Shown: positions 1 through 9,652 of the stretch, piece by piece
Position numbering within the stretch: the stretch's first letter is position 1
Layout: the number at the start of each line of letters is the position of its first letter
NCBI GenBank assembly: GCA_965220035.1
Contig: CBDCPC010000001.1
Location: forward strand, 1,640,118-1,704,117
Source: Acidimicrobiales bacterium
GTDB lineage: Bacteria; Actinomycetota; Acidimicrobiia; Acidimicrobiales; CATQHL01
DNA: 64,000 nt
Direction: 5' to 3'
Position numbers and translations under genes: made by a program
The notes under the pieces: model-generated
What the model was told of the DNA's origin: nothing
The model's database searches: none
The model's input: the letters and a program-made list of their open reading frames with translations, nothing else

Positions 1-417
1 GTGGTGGTGCCCGACGCCGGGAGCCTCGCACTGGAGGAGCTGGCGCGGCGGATCAACGACATGGCCGCCAGAGCCCGCGCCGGACGCCTCGGGGCCGCCG
101 ACGTTGGCGGGTCCACGTTCACGATCACCAACCCAGGGTCGTTCGGCTCGTATATGTCGGCTCCCATCATCAACACCCCCAACGTGGGCATCTTGGCGAC
201 CGACGGCGTGGCGAAGCGGCCGACCGCTCTGACGCTCCCCGATGGCACCGACACCGTGGCCGTGCGCCACGTCGGTCATCTGGGCCTGTCCTGGGACCAC
301 CGGGCGTTCGACGGCTCCACAGCCGCCCTGTTCCTCGGCCGGATCCGGTCGAACATCGAGACGTGGGACTGGGAGGATTATCTGGGCGGCGACGAGGTAG
401 CGGGGGTTGACGAGTGA
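1..417 (+). CDS. 2-oxoacid dehydrogenase E2 (dihydrolipoamide acyltransferase), C-terminal catalytic domain; 5'-partial
   Basis: GSTFTITNPGSFG, PIIN.P and SWDHRAFDG (DHRxxDG catalytic motif); runs off the window start. Confidence 0.9.
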   Translation: MVVPDAGSLALEELARRINDMAARARAGRLGAADVGGSTFTITNPGSFGSYMSAPIINTPNVGILATDGVAKRPTALTLPDGTDTVAVRHVGHLGLSWDHRAFDGSTAALFLGRIRSNIETWDWEDYLGGDEVAGVDE

Positions 418-1223
418 GGCTCGCGGGCAAAGTGGCTGTGGTCACAGGAGCCGCGCGCGGGCTCGGCGAGACGGTCGCCCGACGGTTCGCGGCTGAGGGC
501 GCAAAGCTGGTCATCGCCGACATCGATGGCGCCGGTGCGCACGCGGTGGCCACATCGATCGTGGCGGGTGGAGGCGCCGCTATTGCCCACGAGATGGACG
601 TCACCGTCGCCGCGGACGCGCGGGCGATGATCGAAGCGGCGGTCTCCGCCTTCGGCTCGCTCGACGTGCTGGTCAACAACGCGGCGGTCTTCGGCGCCAC
701 CAGCCACGTCCTCGAGATCGACGAGGCTGACTGGGATCGCACCATGCAGGTGAACCTGAAGGGCACGTTCCTCTGTTCCCAGGCGGCGATCCGCCGGATG
801 CGAGAGCAGCCCGCCGGCGGGAGCATCGTGTTCGTGTCGTCGCTGTCGGGCGTGCTGGCCAACGAGAACCAGGCCGACTACAACGCCTCCAAGCACGGGG
901 TCATCGGGCTGGCGCGCTGCATTGCCCAGGACTGCCGGGACTGGGGTATCCGCGCCAACGTGGTCGCCCCCACGGGCATGGTCGGCACCGAGATGATGGC
1001 CAGGAACGACCCGGTCAACGTGGCGCCGTACGCCGCGCAGACCGCCTTCGCCCGCCTGGCGACCACCGACGAGGTGGCGAGCGCGGTTCTCTTCCTGGCC
1101 GGCGACGAGTCGTCGTTCATCACGGGCACGGTGCTGATGGTGGACGGCGGGGTGCATGCCATGCAGCCATCGGCGCGGCAACTCAGCGAAGGAGCGGCGC
1201 GCTTCATCGCCCGCGAGGGTTGA
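414..1223 (+). CDS. SDR family oxidoreductase
   Basis: TGAARGLG, VNNAA and YNASK motifs; GTGA overlap with the upstream stop. Confidence 0.92.
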   Translation: MRLAGKVAVVTGAARGLGETVARRFAAEGAKLVIADIDGAGAHAVATSIVAGGGAAIAHEMDVTVAADARAMIEAAVSAFGSLDVLVNNAAVFGATSHVLEIDEADWDRTMQVNLKGTFLCSQAAIRRMREQPAGGSIVFVSSLSGVLANENQADYNASKHGVIGLARCIAQDCRDWGIRANVVAPTGMVGTEMMARNDPVNVAPYAAQTAFARLATTDEVASAVLFLAGDESSFITGTVLMVDGGVHAMQPSARQLSEGAARFIAREG

Positions 1224-1239
1224 CGGAGGGCGAGGGGCG

Positions 1240-2214
1240 GTGAGCGGTCCCGGCGTGGTGGACTGCCACCACCACCTGTGGGATCTCGGCGAGCACGGCT
1301 TCGAACTGATCCGCCGCTACCGCCGCTGGCGGCGCACGCGCCACAGCCTGCGGGATCTCGCCGAGCACCGTTACGAGTGGCTGCACGCCGTTCCTCCGCT
1401 CGAGACGTTCCTCGGCGACTACTCATCGATTCAGAGCGACTACCTCATCGAGGACTACCTGGCCGACGCTCGCCCGGCCGGGATCGTCAAGTCGGTGCAC
1501 GTGCAGTGCGAGTTCGACGACGCAGACCCTGTCGGCGAGACCGAGTGGCTGCAGGGCCTCGCCGACGAGGGTGGCTTCCCGCACGGCATCGTGGGGTTCG
1601 TCAACCTGGCCGCCCCCGACGCCGCTGAGTTGCTGGATGCCCACGCCCGTTTCGCCAACTTCCGCGGCGTGCGCCAGAACCTCAACTTCGACGCCGGCGA
1701 CCCGCGCCGTTGCTTCGCGGATCGGGGGGACTATCTCGCCGATCCCGACTGGCGCCGGGGCTTCTCGCTGCTGGCGCCGCGCGGGCTGTCGTTCGACCTG
1801 CAGATCCTGCCGTCGCAGATGGGCGAGGCGTACGACGCACTCGCCGCGTGTCCCGAGACGGCCGTGGTTCTGGACCACGTGGGGCTGCCTCTGGACCGCA
1901 CGCCCGACGCCATGGATGTGTGGCGCAGGGGCCTGCGGCGCCTGGCGTCGCTGCCGACCGTGGCGGTCAAGCTGTCGGGGTTCGGCATGATGGACCGGGC
2001 TCCCCGTAGCGAGTCGATCAGGCCCGTCGTGCTCGAGGTGATCGACATTTTCGGTGTCGAGCGCTGCATGTTCGCCAGCAATTTCCCCGTGGACAGCCTG
2101 GGCGGCTCCCTCGCCGACTTCTTCGACGTCTACCGTTCGGTGGTCGCCGACTGCAGCGTCGACGAGCAGACCGCCCTGTTTGCCGGGAACGCCGAGCGCT
2201 TCTACCGCATCTGA
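1240..2214 (+). CDS. Amidohydrolase family protein (Amidohydro_2, lactonase-like)
   Basis: DCHHHLWD, LDHVG.P, VKLSG and RCMFASNFPVD motifs; GTG start at 1240 chosen over the longer ORF. Confidence 0.88.
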   Translation: MSGPGVVDCHHHLWDLGEHGFELIRRYRRWRRTRHSLRDLAEHRYEWLHAVPPLETFLGDYSSIQSDYLIEDYLADARPAGIVKSVHVQCEFDDADPVGETEWLQGLADEGGFPHGIVGFVNLAAPDAAELLDAHARFANFRGVRQNLNFDAGDPRRCFADRGDYLADPDWRRGFSLLAPRGLSFDLQILPSQMGEAYDALAACPETAVVLDHVGLPLDRTPDAMDVWRRGLRRLASLPTVAVKLSGFGMMDRAPRSESIRPVVLEVIDIFGVERCMFASNFPVDSLGGSLADFFDVYRSVVADCSVDEQTALFAGNAERFYRI

Positions 2215-2240
2215 GCGAGCCGATCACCGAGGAGCACGCC

Positions 2241-3356
2241 GTGAACGACGAACCCGGCCACGAGACCCCACCCGGCACCGATCTCCCACGTCATTCCGGC
2301 GGAGGCCGGAATCCACTGTCCAGCGGCTCCACCGGCGCTGCCGACGTTGGCCTCCGGCCGTTGAGGCTCGGGATCTGCCTGTGGAACCAGGCCCTCGAGT
2401 GGTCCGATGTTCTGGAGACAGCCCGCCTCGCTGACGAACTCGGCTACGACCATCTGTGGATCTGGGACCATCTCCTGTCGATCTACGGAGAACCCGACCA
2501 GCCGGTGTTCGAGGCCTGGTCGACCCTGGCGGCACTCGCCGCCTCCACCGAGCGATTGCAGCTCGGACCGTTGGTGACGGCCAACATGTTCCGTTCGCCG
2601 GCGCTGCTGGCCAAGATCGTCACCACGGTCGATCACATCAGCGGCGGCAGGGTCATCCTCGGCATCGGCGGCGGCTGGTTCGAGGAGGAGCACCGGGCAC
2701 ACGCCATCGACTTCGGAAGCGGGTTCGGCGAGCGCCTCGACCGGCTCGACGAGGCCGTCGGCGTCATCCGGGCGCTGTTCGCCGGCGAGGAGGTCACGTC
2801 CGACGGGCCGTACTACCCCGTGCAGCGCCTTCGTCACGCACCCCCGCCTGTGCGGGGGAGCGTGCCGGTTCTCGTCGGGGGCCGCGGCAAGCGCAAGACT
2901 CTGCGCACGGTGGCCCGTTACGCCGACATCTGGAATTCCTACGGCACTCCTGCCGAACTGGTCGAGCACGACGACGTGCTGCGCGCCCATTGTGCTGACG
3001 TCGGGCGCGACCAGAGCGAGATCGAGCGGTCGGTGCAGGCCAAGGTCATCGTGCGCGACAGCCGCGCCGACGCCGAGGCCGCCTTCGCCCGGATGCTGGC
3101 GCGGAACAAGAGCATCTGGGGCGGGTTCGGTCGGCAGGGCGAACCGGACAGGGTCAACCGCCATGTCTTTCCCGACCCCGACTCGGCGATATGGCTGGGA
3201 AGCCCCGGCGATGTGGCCGAACTGATCGCGGGGTACCGGGCTGTCGGGTTCGGCACCGTCATCGCCGAGATCCCCGCTCCCTACGACCGTGAGACCATCG
3301 AGCGGCTGGTGGGGGAGGTCGCCCCGATGGTCGACGCTGACCGGTGGGGTCGGTGA
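2241..3356 (+). CDS. LLM-class flavin-dependent (possibly F420-dependent) oxidoreductase
   Basis: LWIWDHL, EAWSTLAALA, DHISGGRVILGIGGGW motifs; N-terminal extension contains a REP copy. Confidence 0.88.
   Translation: MNDEPGHETPPGTDLPRHSGGGRNPLSSGSTGAADVGLRPLRLGICLWNQALEWSDVLETARLADELGYDHLWIWDHLLSIYGEPDQPVFEAWSTLAALAASTERLQLGPLVTANMFRSPALLAKIVTTVDHISGGRVILGIGGGWFEEEHRAHAIDFGSGFGERLDRLDEAVGVIRALFAGEEVTSDGPYYPVQRLRHAPPPVRGSVPVLVGGRGKRKTLRTVARYADIWNSYGTPAELVEHDDVLRAHCADVGRDQSEIERSVQAKVIVRDSRADAEAAFARMLARNKSIWGGFGRQGEPDRVNRHVFPDPDSAIWLGSPGDVAELIAGYRAVGFGTVIAEIPAPYDRETIERLVGEVAPMVDADRWGR
2290..2315 (+). repeat. REP hairpin GTCATTCCGGCGGAGGCCGGAATCCA (in the LLM gene 5' end)
   Basis: Exact consensus copy. 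Confidence 0.9.
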
Positions 3357-3423
3357 GCCGCATGCGGAGCCGGGTCGGGGGCCCCGCGAGGATGGCGATC
3401 GGTCGAAGGATCCGCTCCAACCG

Positions 3424-4419
3424 GTGGTCGGCGTGACTGCCGGTGCGCTGGTCGTCTCGACGGGACCTGTTCCCGAGGCCGTGCACCGGGTGCTGGGGGG
3501 CGTCGCCCGGGTCGTGGTGACAGACGGCAGCGCCGCGGCGCTGCTGGCGCGTGCCCCTGAGGTTGACGGGTTCATTGTGCGGGGCGACGGCCATTTGCCG
3601 GCGTCGACTATCGAGGCGGCGCCGCGGCTGCAGGTGATCGGGCGCAGCGGTGTCGGGGTGGACAACGTGGACGTGGCCGCTGCCACACGCCGCGGCATCC
3701 CGGTCGTCGTCACGCCCGATGCCGGCTCCATTGCTGTCGCGGAAGGCGCGTTCGCCCTGCTTCTGGCGCTGGCCAAGCGACTCCGCGAGCTCGACGGACT
3801 GGTCCGTTCGGGGCGGTTCGCCGAGCGGGATAGGACCGTGGTGGCCGAGTTCGCCGGCGCCACGCTCGGGGTTGTGGGCATGGGCCGCATCGGCAGGCGC
3901 GCGGCGGCTCTGGGTACGGCGTTCGGTATGTGCGTCCTGGCTGCCGATCCGGTCCTGGGTGACGAGCGGCTATCCGAGTTGGGCACCGAACCGGTCACCC
4001 TTCCGGAGCTCTTCGACCGGGCCGATCACATCGCGCTGCACGCCCCGCTGGTACCCGGGACCCGCGGGATGATCACCGCGGATCTCCTGATGAGCGCCGG
4101 CCCGGGTGCCTTCCTCGTGAACCTGGCAAGGGGCGGCCTCATCGAGTCGCTCGATGCCCTCGTTGCGGCGCTCGACGCAGGTGCTCTGGCAGGGGTTGGG
4201 CTCGACGTGTTCGATCCCGAGCCGCCCGACCTGAGCCATCGCCTCTTCAGCGACCCGAGGGTGCTGCTCTCGCCGCATGCGCTCGGCCTTTCGGACAAGT
4301 CTCGAGAGCGCATCTTCGGCGACATGGCCCGGGGCGTGAGGGCGGTGCTGGAGGGTCGGCGTCCGGCGGCGGTCGCCAACCCCGAGGTGTACGACCCGGG
4401 AGCGGGGACGCGCCGGTGA
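3424..4419 (+). CDS. D-isomer-specific 2-hydroxyacid dehydrogenase (SerA-like)
   Basis: GVGVDNVD, GMGRIG, VNLARG, LDVF..EP and SPH motifs; start uncertain (ORF open from 3289). Confidence 0.85.
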   Translation: MVGVTAGALVVSTGPVPEAVHRVLGGVARVVVTDGSAAALLARAPEVDGFIVRGDGHLPASTIEAAPRLQVIGRSGVGVDNVDVAAATRRGIPVVVTPDAGSIAVAEGAFALLLALAKRLRELDGLVRSGRFAERDRTVVAEFAGATLGVVGMGRIGRRAAALGTAFGMCVLAADPVLGDERLSELGTEPVTLPELFDRADHIALHAPLVPGTRGMITADLLMSAGPGAFLVNLARGGLIESLDALVAALDAGALAGVGLDVFDPEPPDLSHRLFSDPRVLLSPHALGLSDKSRERIFGDMARGVRAVLEGRRPAAVANPEVYDPGAGTRR

Positions 4420-4486
4420 CGAGGACAGCATCGGACGGGAGTCCGTGGCGGCGGTCCGGCGAGTGGCGCTTCGGACAACGTTCCTT

Positions 4487-4512
4487 GTCATTCCGGCGGA
4501 GGCCGGAATCCA
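4487..4512 (+). repeat. REP hairpin, intergenic
   Basis: Exact consensus; TIR-like TTCAGCAGCTTCC near 4548. Confidence 0.9.
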
Positions 4513-4580
4513 GCTCGGGCGGTTGCCGCCGCTCTTGCCGTGAGTGATTCAGCAGCTTCCTCAAGGCATGGGAGGGCACG

Positions 4581-5327
4581 ATGAATCGATTGGAAGGAAA
4601 ATGTGCGGTGGTGACGGGCGCCGGGCGGGGCCTCGGGGCCTCGGTGGCCGAGCTGTTCGCTCGGGAGGGCGCCCGGGTCGTGGTCTCCGACGTCGACGGC
4701 ACATCCGCGCACGGCACGGCGCGGCGGATTGTGGACGCGGGCGGCGAGGCGGTCGGGCTGCATGCCGACGTCACCTCCGCCGCCGATGCCGAGCGACTGA
4801 TGCAGACCGCGGTGGAACGCTTCGGCGGGCTCGATGTGCTCGTCAACAACGCCGGGATCGCCAGCGCCGGCAGCGTGTGCGAGGTGACCCCCGAGGAGTG
4901 GGACCGCGTCATGGCGATCAACCTCAAGGGGTCCTACCTCTGCTCGCGGTTCGCAGTGGCGCACATGGCCCGCTCGGGGGGCGGGTCCATCGTCTGCATC
5001 TCCTCGGCCTCGGGCGTCATCGGCCAGCAGGCGCAGGTGGCGTACAACGTGTCCAAGCACGGGGTCATCGGTCTGGTGCGCTGTATGGCTCTCGACCACG
5101 CCGCGGACGGGATCCGCGTGAACGCCGTTTGTCCGGGCGTGATGCGCACCCCGATGCTGGATGCCCTGAGCGCCGAGCAACTCGAGGCACTGGAGAAGAT
5201 GCATCCGCTGGGGCGGGTCGCCGGACCGGCGGAGATTGCCCAGGCCGTGCTGCACCTCGCCGGCGAGGAGTCCTCTTTCACTACTGGCGCCGTGTTCCTG
5301 GTCGACGGCGGTCTCACGGCGATGTAG
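4581..5327 (+). CDS. SDR family oxidoreductase
   Basis: TGAGRGLG, VNNAG, YNVSK; GGAGG RBS upstream. Confidence 0.93.
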   Translation: MNRLEGKCAVVTGAGRGLGASVAELFAREGARVVVSDVDGTSAHGTARRIVDAGGEAVGLHADVTSAADAERLMQTAVERFGGLDVLVNNAGIASAGSVCEVTPEEWDRVMAINLKGSYLCSRFAVAHMARSGGGSIVCISSASGVIGQQAQVAYNVSKHGVIGLVRCMALDHAADGIRVNAVCPGVMRTPMLDALSAEQLEALEKMHPLGRVAGPAEIAQAVLHLAGEESSFTTGAVFLVDGGLTAM

Positions 5328-5350
5328 ACACCGGAGTTGGCGCTGCCGCC

Positions 5351-5376
5351 GTCATTCCGGCGGAGGCCGGAATCCA
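5351..5376 (+). repeat. REP hairpin, intergenic
   Basis: Exact consensus; TIR-like ATTGCTCAGCAGCCTCC at 5409-5425. Confidence 0.9.
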
Positions 5377-5521
5377 CGGGTGAGCGGATCCAGCGGCGTG
5401 TGCCGCCGATTGCTCAGCAGCCTCCCGGATGCGGCCATTATGCTCTCCCCCGGAGGGGCGCGGCACTTCGGGCCACCGGTCGCGGAGTGCGCAACGAAAC
5501 AATCACAAGGAGTGGGGGCGC

Positions 5522-5971
5522 ATGAAGGTCAAGACGTTCGACCACATGGCCGTGACGGTCAGCGACACGGAGCGGGCGCTGGAGTTCTACGTGGGCAAGC
5601 TGGGGCTGCGCCTGGCGGAGAATCACCAACTCGAGGGCGACAAGGTGGACGAGGCCAACGGCCTGCAGGGGGCCCGCGCCCAGTCGACGCGGCTGCTGGC
5701 GCCGGAGAGCCCCGACGTGCTCATCGACCTGCTCGAGTACTACGTGCCCGAGGGTCAGACGCACATCACGCCGATGGGCTCTGTTGGCTCCTGCCACTTC
5801 GCCCTCGTCGTGGACGACCTGCCCGGCGCCGTGGAGGAGCTCGAGGCGAAGGGAGTTCCGTTCATCTCCGGGCCGGTCAACTTCGCATTGACCGAAGGCT
5901 CGGTCAGCGTCTGCTTCTGCACCGATCCCGACGGCAACTACGTCGAGTTGATGGAGGAGTACGAGCATTAG
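5522..5971 (+). CDS. VOC/glyoxalase family protein
   Basis: DHMAVTVSD...HFALVVDD...DPDGNYVELME; AAGGAG RBS upstream. Confidence 0.88.
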   Translation: MKVKTFDHMAVTVSDTERALEFYVGKLGLRLAENHQLEGDKVDEANGLQGARAQSTRLLAPESPDVLIDLLEYYVPEGQTHITPMGSVGSCHFALVVDDLPGAVEELEAKGVPFISGPVNFALTEGSVSVCFCTDPDGNYVELMEEYEH

Positions 5972-6012
5972 CTCGCCGTATCGACTGGCATCGTCAACGG
6001 GGGCATTGTGAC

Positions 6013-6972
6013 GTGACCGTGCTGCCGGACACCGTCCTCAGGACCTGGCTGGAGCAGATGGTCCTCATCCGCCTGGCCGAGGACAAGGTCATGGAGATCT
6101 ACATGCAGGGCCTCGTGCCCGGCACCGTGCATCTCTGCCAGGGCCAGGAGGCCGCCTCGGTGGGGGCGATCGGCGCGCTGGCGGCCGACGACTGGCTGCT
6201 CTGCACCTACCGCGGCCACCATCACGCCCTGGCCCGCGGCATGGATCTCGAGGCGTTCTTCGCCGAGATCATGGGTCGGGATTCCGGTGCCTGCGGGGGC
6301 ATGGGGGGATCCAGCTTCGTCACCGACGCCTCCCTGGGGATGATCGGCTCGCCGGCCATCATCGGAGCGGGCATCCCCGTGGCGACCGGCGCCGGCATGA
6401 CCGCCCGCCTGCGCGGTGAGGACCGCATCGCCATGTGCTTCTTCGGCGACGGGGCGTGCAACATCGGTGCCTTCCACGAGGCCCTGAACATGGCGCAGCT
6501 CTGGCGCTCGCAGGTGGTGTTCCTGATCGAGAACAACCAGTACGGCGAGTACACGCCCTTCCGGGACTCCACGGCGCTGCCACCGGAGGCGCCCATCGCC
6601 CACCGGGCTACGGCATACGGCATGGCGCATGCCGTGGTCGACGGTCAGGACGCTGTTGCCGTGCACGACATGGTGGCGCAGGCTCGGGCGCGGGCGGTGG
6701 CCGGCGACGGGCCGACGCTGATAGAGGCGCAGACCTACCGGTACCGCGGCCACTCCCGTACCGATCCCGGTGCCTACCGGCCGCCGGGCGAGCTGGACGC
6801 CTGGAGGGAGCGCGACCCCATCGGCATCCTGGCGGCCCGCCTCGGTGCTGCCGACGAGGTCGACGAGATCCACGAGCGGGTGCAACGGGAGGTCGACGAG
6901 GCAGCGGATCGGGCTGCCGAAGGGCCCTGGCCCACCCTCGAGCAGGCCCGGAGCTATGTCTTTGCCGACTGA
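6013..6972 (+). CDS. TPP-dependent dehydrogenase E1 alpha subunit
   Basis: HLCQGQEA, TYRGH, GDGA...ENNQY TPP motif, YRYRGHS. Confidence 0.92.
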   Translation: MTVLPDTVLRTWLEQMVLIRLAEDKVMEIYMQGLVPGTVHLCQGQEAASVGAIGALAADDWLLCTYRGHHHALARGMDLEAFFAEIMGRDSGACGGMGGSSFVTDASLGMIGSPAIIGAGIPVATGAGMTARLRGEDRIAMCFFGDGACNIGAFHEALNMAQLWRSQVVFLIENNQYGEYTPFRDSTALPPEAPIAHRATAYGMAHAVVDGQDAVAVHDMVAQARARAVAGDGPTLIEAQTYRYRGHSRTDPGAYRPPGELDAWRERDPIGILAARLGAADEVDEIHERVQREVDEAADRAAEGPWPTLEQARSYVFAD

Positions 6973-7975
6973 GCCCGTGCCGGCGGTGGCCCCCGATGGG
7001 GCCGTGGTGATGACCTACCGCGAGGCCATCAGGACTGCGCTCGACGACGCCATGGCCGCTGACGACACGGTCCTGCTGCTCGGCGAGGACATCGCCAAGG
7101 CCGGCGGACCGTTCAAAACCACGGTGGGGCTGTACGAGAAGTACGGCGCCGATCGGGTCTTCGACACCCCGATCGCCGAGAACGGCTTCTGCGGCATCGC
7201 GCTCGGCATGGCGCTCACCGGGCTGCGCCCGGTGGTGGAGATCATGTTCAGCGACTTCCTCCCCACCGCCTTCGACGCCATCGCCATGGAGATGCCCCGC
7301 TGGCGCTTCATGTCCGGGGGGCAGACCTCGGCGCCGATCACCGTGCGCGCCAGCGGTGGCGGGGGCGGGCGGTTCGGTGCCCAGACCTCCAGCACCGGCG
7401 AGTCCTGGTTCCTGCAGTTCTACGGCCTGCAGGTGGCCGTCGCCGGCTCACCGCAGGGCGCCTACGGGCTGCTGCGCGCCGCCATCGCCCACAACAACCC
7501 GGTCGTGGTGTTCGACCACAAGGCCATGCATCTCCGCAAGGGCCCTGTGGTGCGCGGCGACGGCGCTGTGGCCGAGATCGGCCGGGCGGTGACGGTTCGC
7601 CCGGGTGCCGATGTGACGGTCGTGGCGTCGCTGCTGATGGTCCACCGCTCGCTCGAGGCGGCCGGGGTGCTCGCGGCCGAGGGAATCGATGTGGAGGTGA
7701 TCGACATCTCCTGGCTGCGGCCGCTCGACGTCGAGACCGTGGCGGCGAGCGTGGCTCGGACGGGGCGGCTCGTGATCGCCGAGGAGCAGTACCACGACGG
7801 CGGTTGGGGGTCGGCTGTCATCTCCCGCCTCGCCACTGCGGGCGCGCCCATGGCGGTGCCGCCGGTGGCCGTGAGCATGCCCGAGATCCTCATCTCACAC
7901 AGCCCGCCACTGGAGGACAGCATGATCCCCGGCGTCGAGCGGATCGCCGATGCCGTCCGCTCGGTGTGCCGTTGA
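6956..7975 (+). CDS. TPP-dependent dehydrogenase E1 beta subunit
   Basis: GEDI, DTPIAE, RPVVEIMFSDF motifs; alternative start at 7010. Confidence 0.92.
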   Translation: MSLPTEPVPAVAPDGAVVMTYREAIRTALDDAMAADDTVLLLGEDIAKAGGPFKTTVGLYEKYGADRVFDTPIAENGFCGIALGMALTGLRPVVEIMFSDFLPTAFDAIAMEMPRWRFMSGGQTSAPITVRASGGGGGRFGAQTSSTGESWFLQFYGLQVAVAGSPQGAYGLLRAAIAHNNPVVVFDHKAMHLRKGPVVRGDGAVAEIGRAVTVRPGADVTVVASLLMVHRSLEAAGVLAAEGIDVEVIDISWLRPLDVETVAASVARTGRLVIAEEQYHDGGWGSAVISRLATAGAPMAVPPVAVSMPEILISHSPPLEDSMIPGVERIADAVRSVCR

Positions 7976-8220
7976 TGCGGGTCGCGATCCACATGCCCAA
8001 GCTGGGTTACGACATGACCGAGGGGCGCATCGAGTCGTGGCTGGTGGAGGTGGATGGTGCGGTCCGGCGCGGCGAAGCCCTCGCCGAGATCGAGACCGAC
8101 AAGATCGTTATCGAGATGGAGGCGCTGGCCAGCGGCACCCTCGTGGAGATCGTGCATCACGCCGGCGAGGACATGATCCCCGTCGGCAAGGTCATCGGCT
8201 ACCTCGACGACGGCAGCTGA
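7975..8220 (+). CDS. Stand-alone lipoyl-domain protein
   Basis: MPKLGYDMTEG...EIETDKI (lipoyl Lys); 81 aa; TGATG coupling to E1 beta. Confidence 0.88.
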   Translation: MRVAIHMPKLGYDMTEGRIESWLVEVDGAVRRGEALAEIETDKIVIEMEALASGTLVEIVHHAGEDMIPVGKVIGYLDDGS

Positions 8221-8293
8221 CCGCCGGTCCGCCCGCACCGCAGCCGCCACCCGCCGCGAGCCCACCCGCATCTGACGACCCGCCGGGAGCCGG

Positions 8294-9472
8294 ATGAGAG
8301 CGGAGAGACGGGTGCCGACCCCGGCGGTCGTCGTGGCGGTGAGCACCCTGTCGACCGGGTTCGGCTCCATCGTGGCGTTCGCGCCGGGCTACATCGCCAC
8401 CGCCCTCAGAGCCGACCTGGGCCTGGACCGCTGGCAGGTCGGCCTCGTGATCACCGTGCACTTCATCTGCACCGCGCTGGCATCGATGGTCTCGGGGCGC
8501 TTGACCGACCGTTGGGGCGCGCGCCTGGCCTCCGTGGTGTCGCTGCTCCTCGTGGCGCTCGCTGCCGGTCTGGCCGCCGTCGTGGGGACCTATGCCGTTC
8601 TCTACGTGGCTGCGGTCCTGGGCGGGATCGGCTACGCCCTCGTCAACGTGGCCACGACCGTGGCTGTGGCGAGCGTCGTGACCCCCCGGCGGCGCACGGT
8701 GGCCCTTGCCGCCCGGACCGCCGGCGTTCCCGCGGTCGGTGGGATCAGCGCCGCCGCCGGCCCCTGGATCGCGAACCGCTGGAGCTGGGAGTGGGTCCTC
8801 GGTGGACTGGGTGCCGCGGCTGCCGTCGTGGCTCTTGCCGCCGCCTGGGTCCTGCCCGACGACCACCCGGGCCGCTCCGACGCGGTCGAACACCGCCTGC
8901 CCCGGCGCTTCGGCTGGTTCCCGGTGGCCGCGTTCCTGCTGATCTTCGGCTCCCAACCCATGTACTCCTGGTCGGTGCCGTTCCTGGAAGAGTCGCTCGG
9001 TGCCGCCCCGGCCCTGTCCGGGGTGCTGGTGGGGATGGCCACGACCATCGGCGCCGCGGTGATGATCGTCAGCGGGTTGGCGGTCGATCGGGCCGGCCCG
9101 TCCCGGCGCATCTCTCTGGCCGTGACGTTCGCGCTCGCCACCGGCGCCTCCAGTGCGCTGATTCTCGCCGGTGGAACGCTCGGGGTCGGGGTCGCGGTTC
9201 TGGGAGTGGTCGCGGGGATCTCCATGCAGCTGGCCTGTATCGGCACCATGCAGGCCGCCTTCGTGGATCGCGCCGGCCCGGCGGTCGCCCGGGCCACGGC
9301 GGTGACCATGACCGGCTACTACGCAGGCGCCGTCGCTGCCCCGACCACATTCGGAGCGGTCGTCGACACCATTGACTCCTACAGCTGGGCCTGGTTCATC
9401 GGCTGCATGCTGCTCGCCGGAGCGGCAGCGGCCTTCCGCCTCGCCGGACGGATCCCTCTCGGCGAGCGCTAG
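8294..9472 (+). CDS. MFS transporter
   Basis: About 12 hydrophobic segments; GRLTDRWGAR motif A. Confidence 0.85.
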   Translation: MRAERRVPTPAVVVAVSTLSTGFGSIVAFAPGYIATALRADLGLDRWQVGLVITVHFICTALASMVSGRLTDRWGARLASVVSLLLVALAAGLAAVVGTYAVLYVAAVLGGIGYALVNVATTVAVASVVTPRRRTVALAARTAGVPAVGGISAAAGPWIANRWSWEWVLGGLGAAAAVVALAAAWVLPDDHPGRSDAVEHRLPRRFGWFPVAAFLLIFGSQPMYSWSVPFLEESLGAAPALSGVLVGMATTIGAAVMIVSGLAVDRAGPSRRISLAVTFALATGASSALILAGGTLGVGVAVLGVVAGISMQLACIGTMQAAFVDRAGPAVARATAVTMTGYYAGAVAAPTTFGAVVDTIDSYSWAWFIGCMLLAGAAAAFRLAGRIPLGER

Positions 9473-9652
9473 TCGAGCGCTGAGTTCGGGTTGGATCGAT
9501 TCGGACGCTGCGTAGGCGCGCCGGAAGCCGTCCAGGACTCGCCAGGGTTCGTTTGGGGTGCGCGCCGGTGAGCGAGCAGAAGGGCCAGCGACCGCTCGCT
9601 GCGGCGTCGGACAGCGTTGTCGCCATGGCGCTGGGTTCGGCGGAGTGCCCGC

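Noticed and set aside
2202-3998. Long antisense or alternate-frame ORFs (e.g. 2202-3998, 34132-36069, 44917-47178, most of 26112-28082)
   Set aside because: Shadow ORFs typical of high-GC DNA, overlapping genes with clear family motifs
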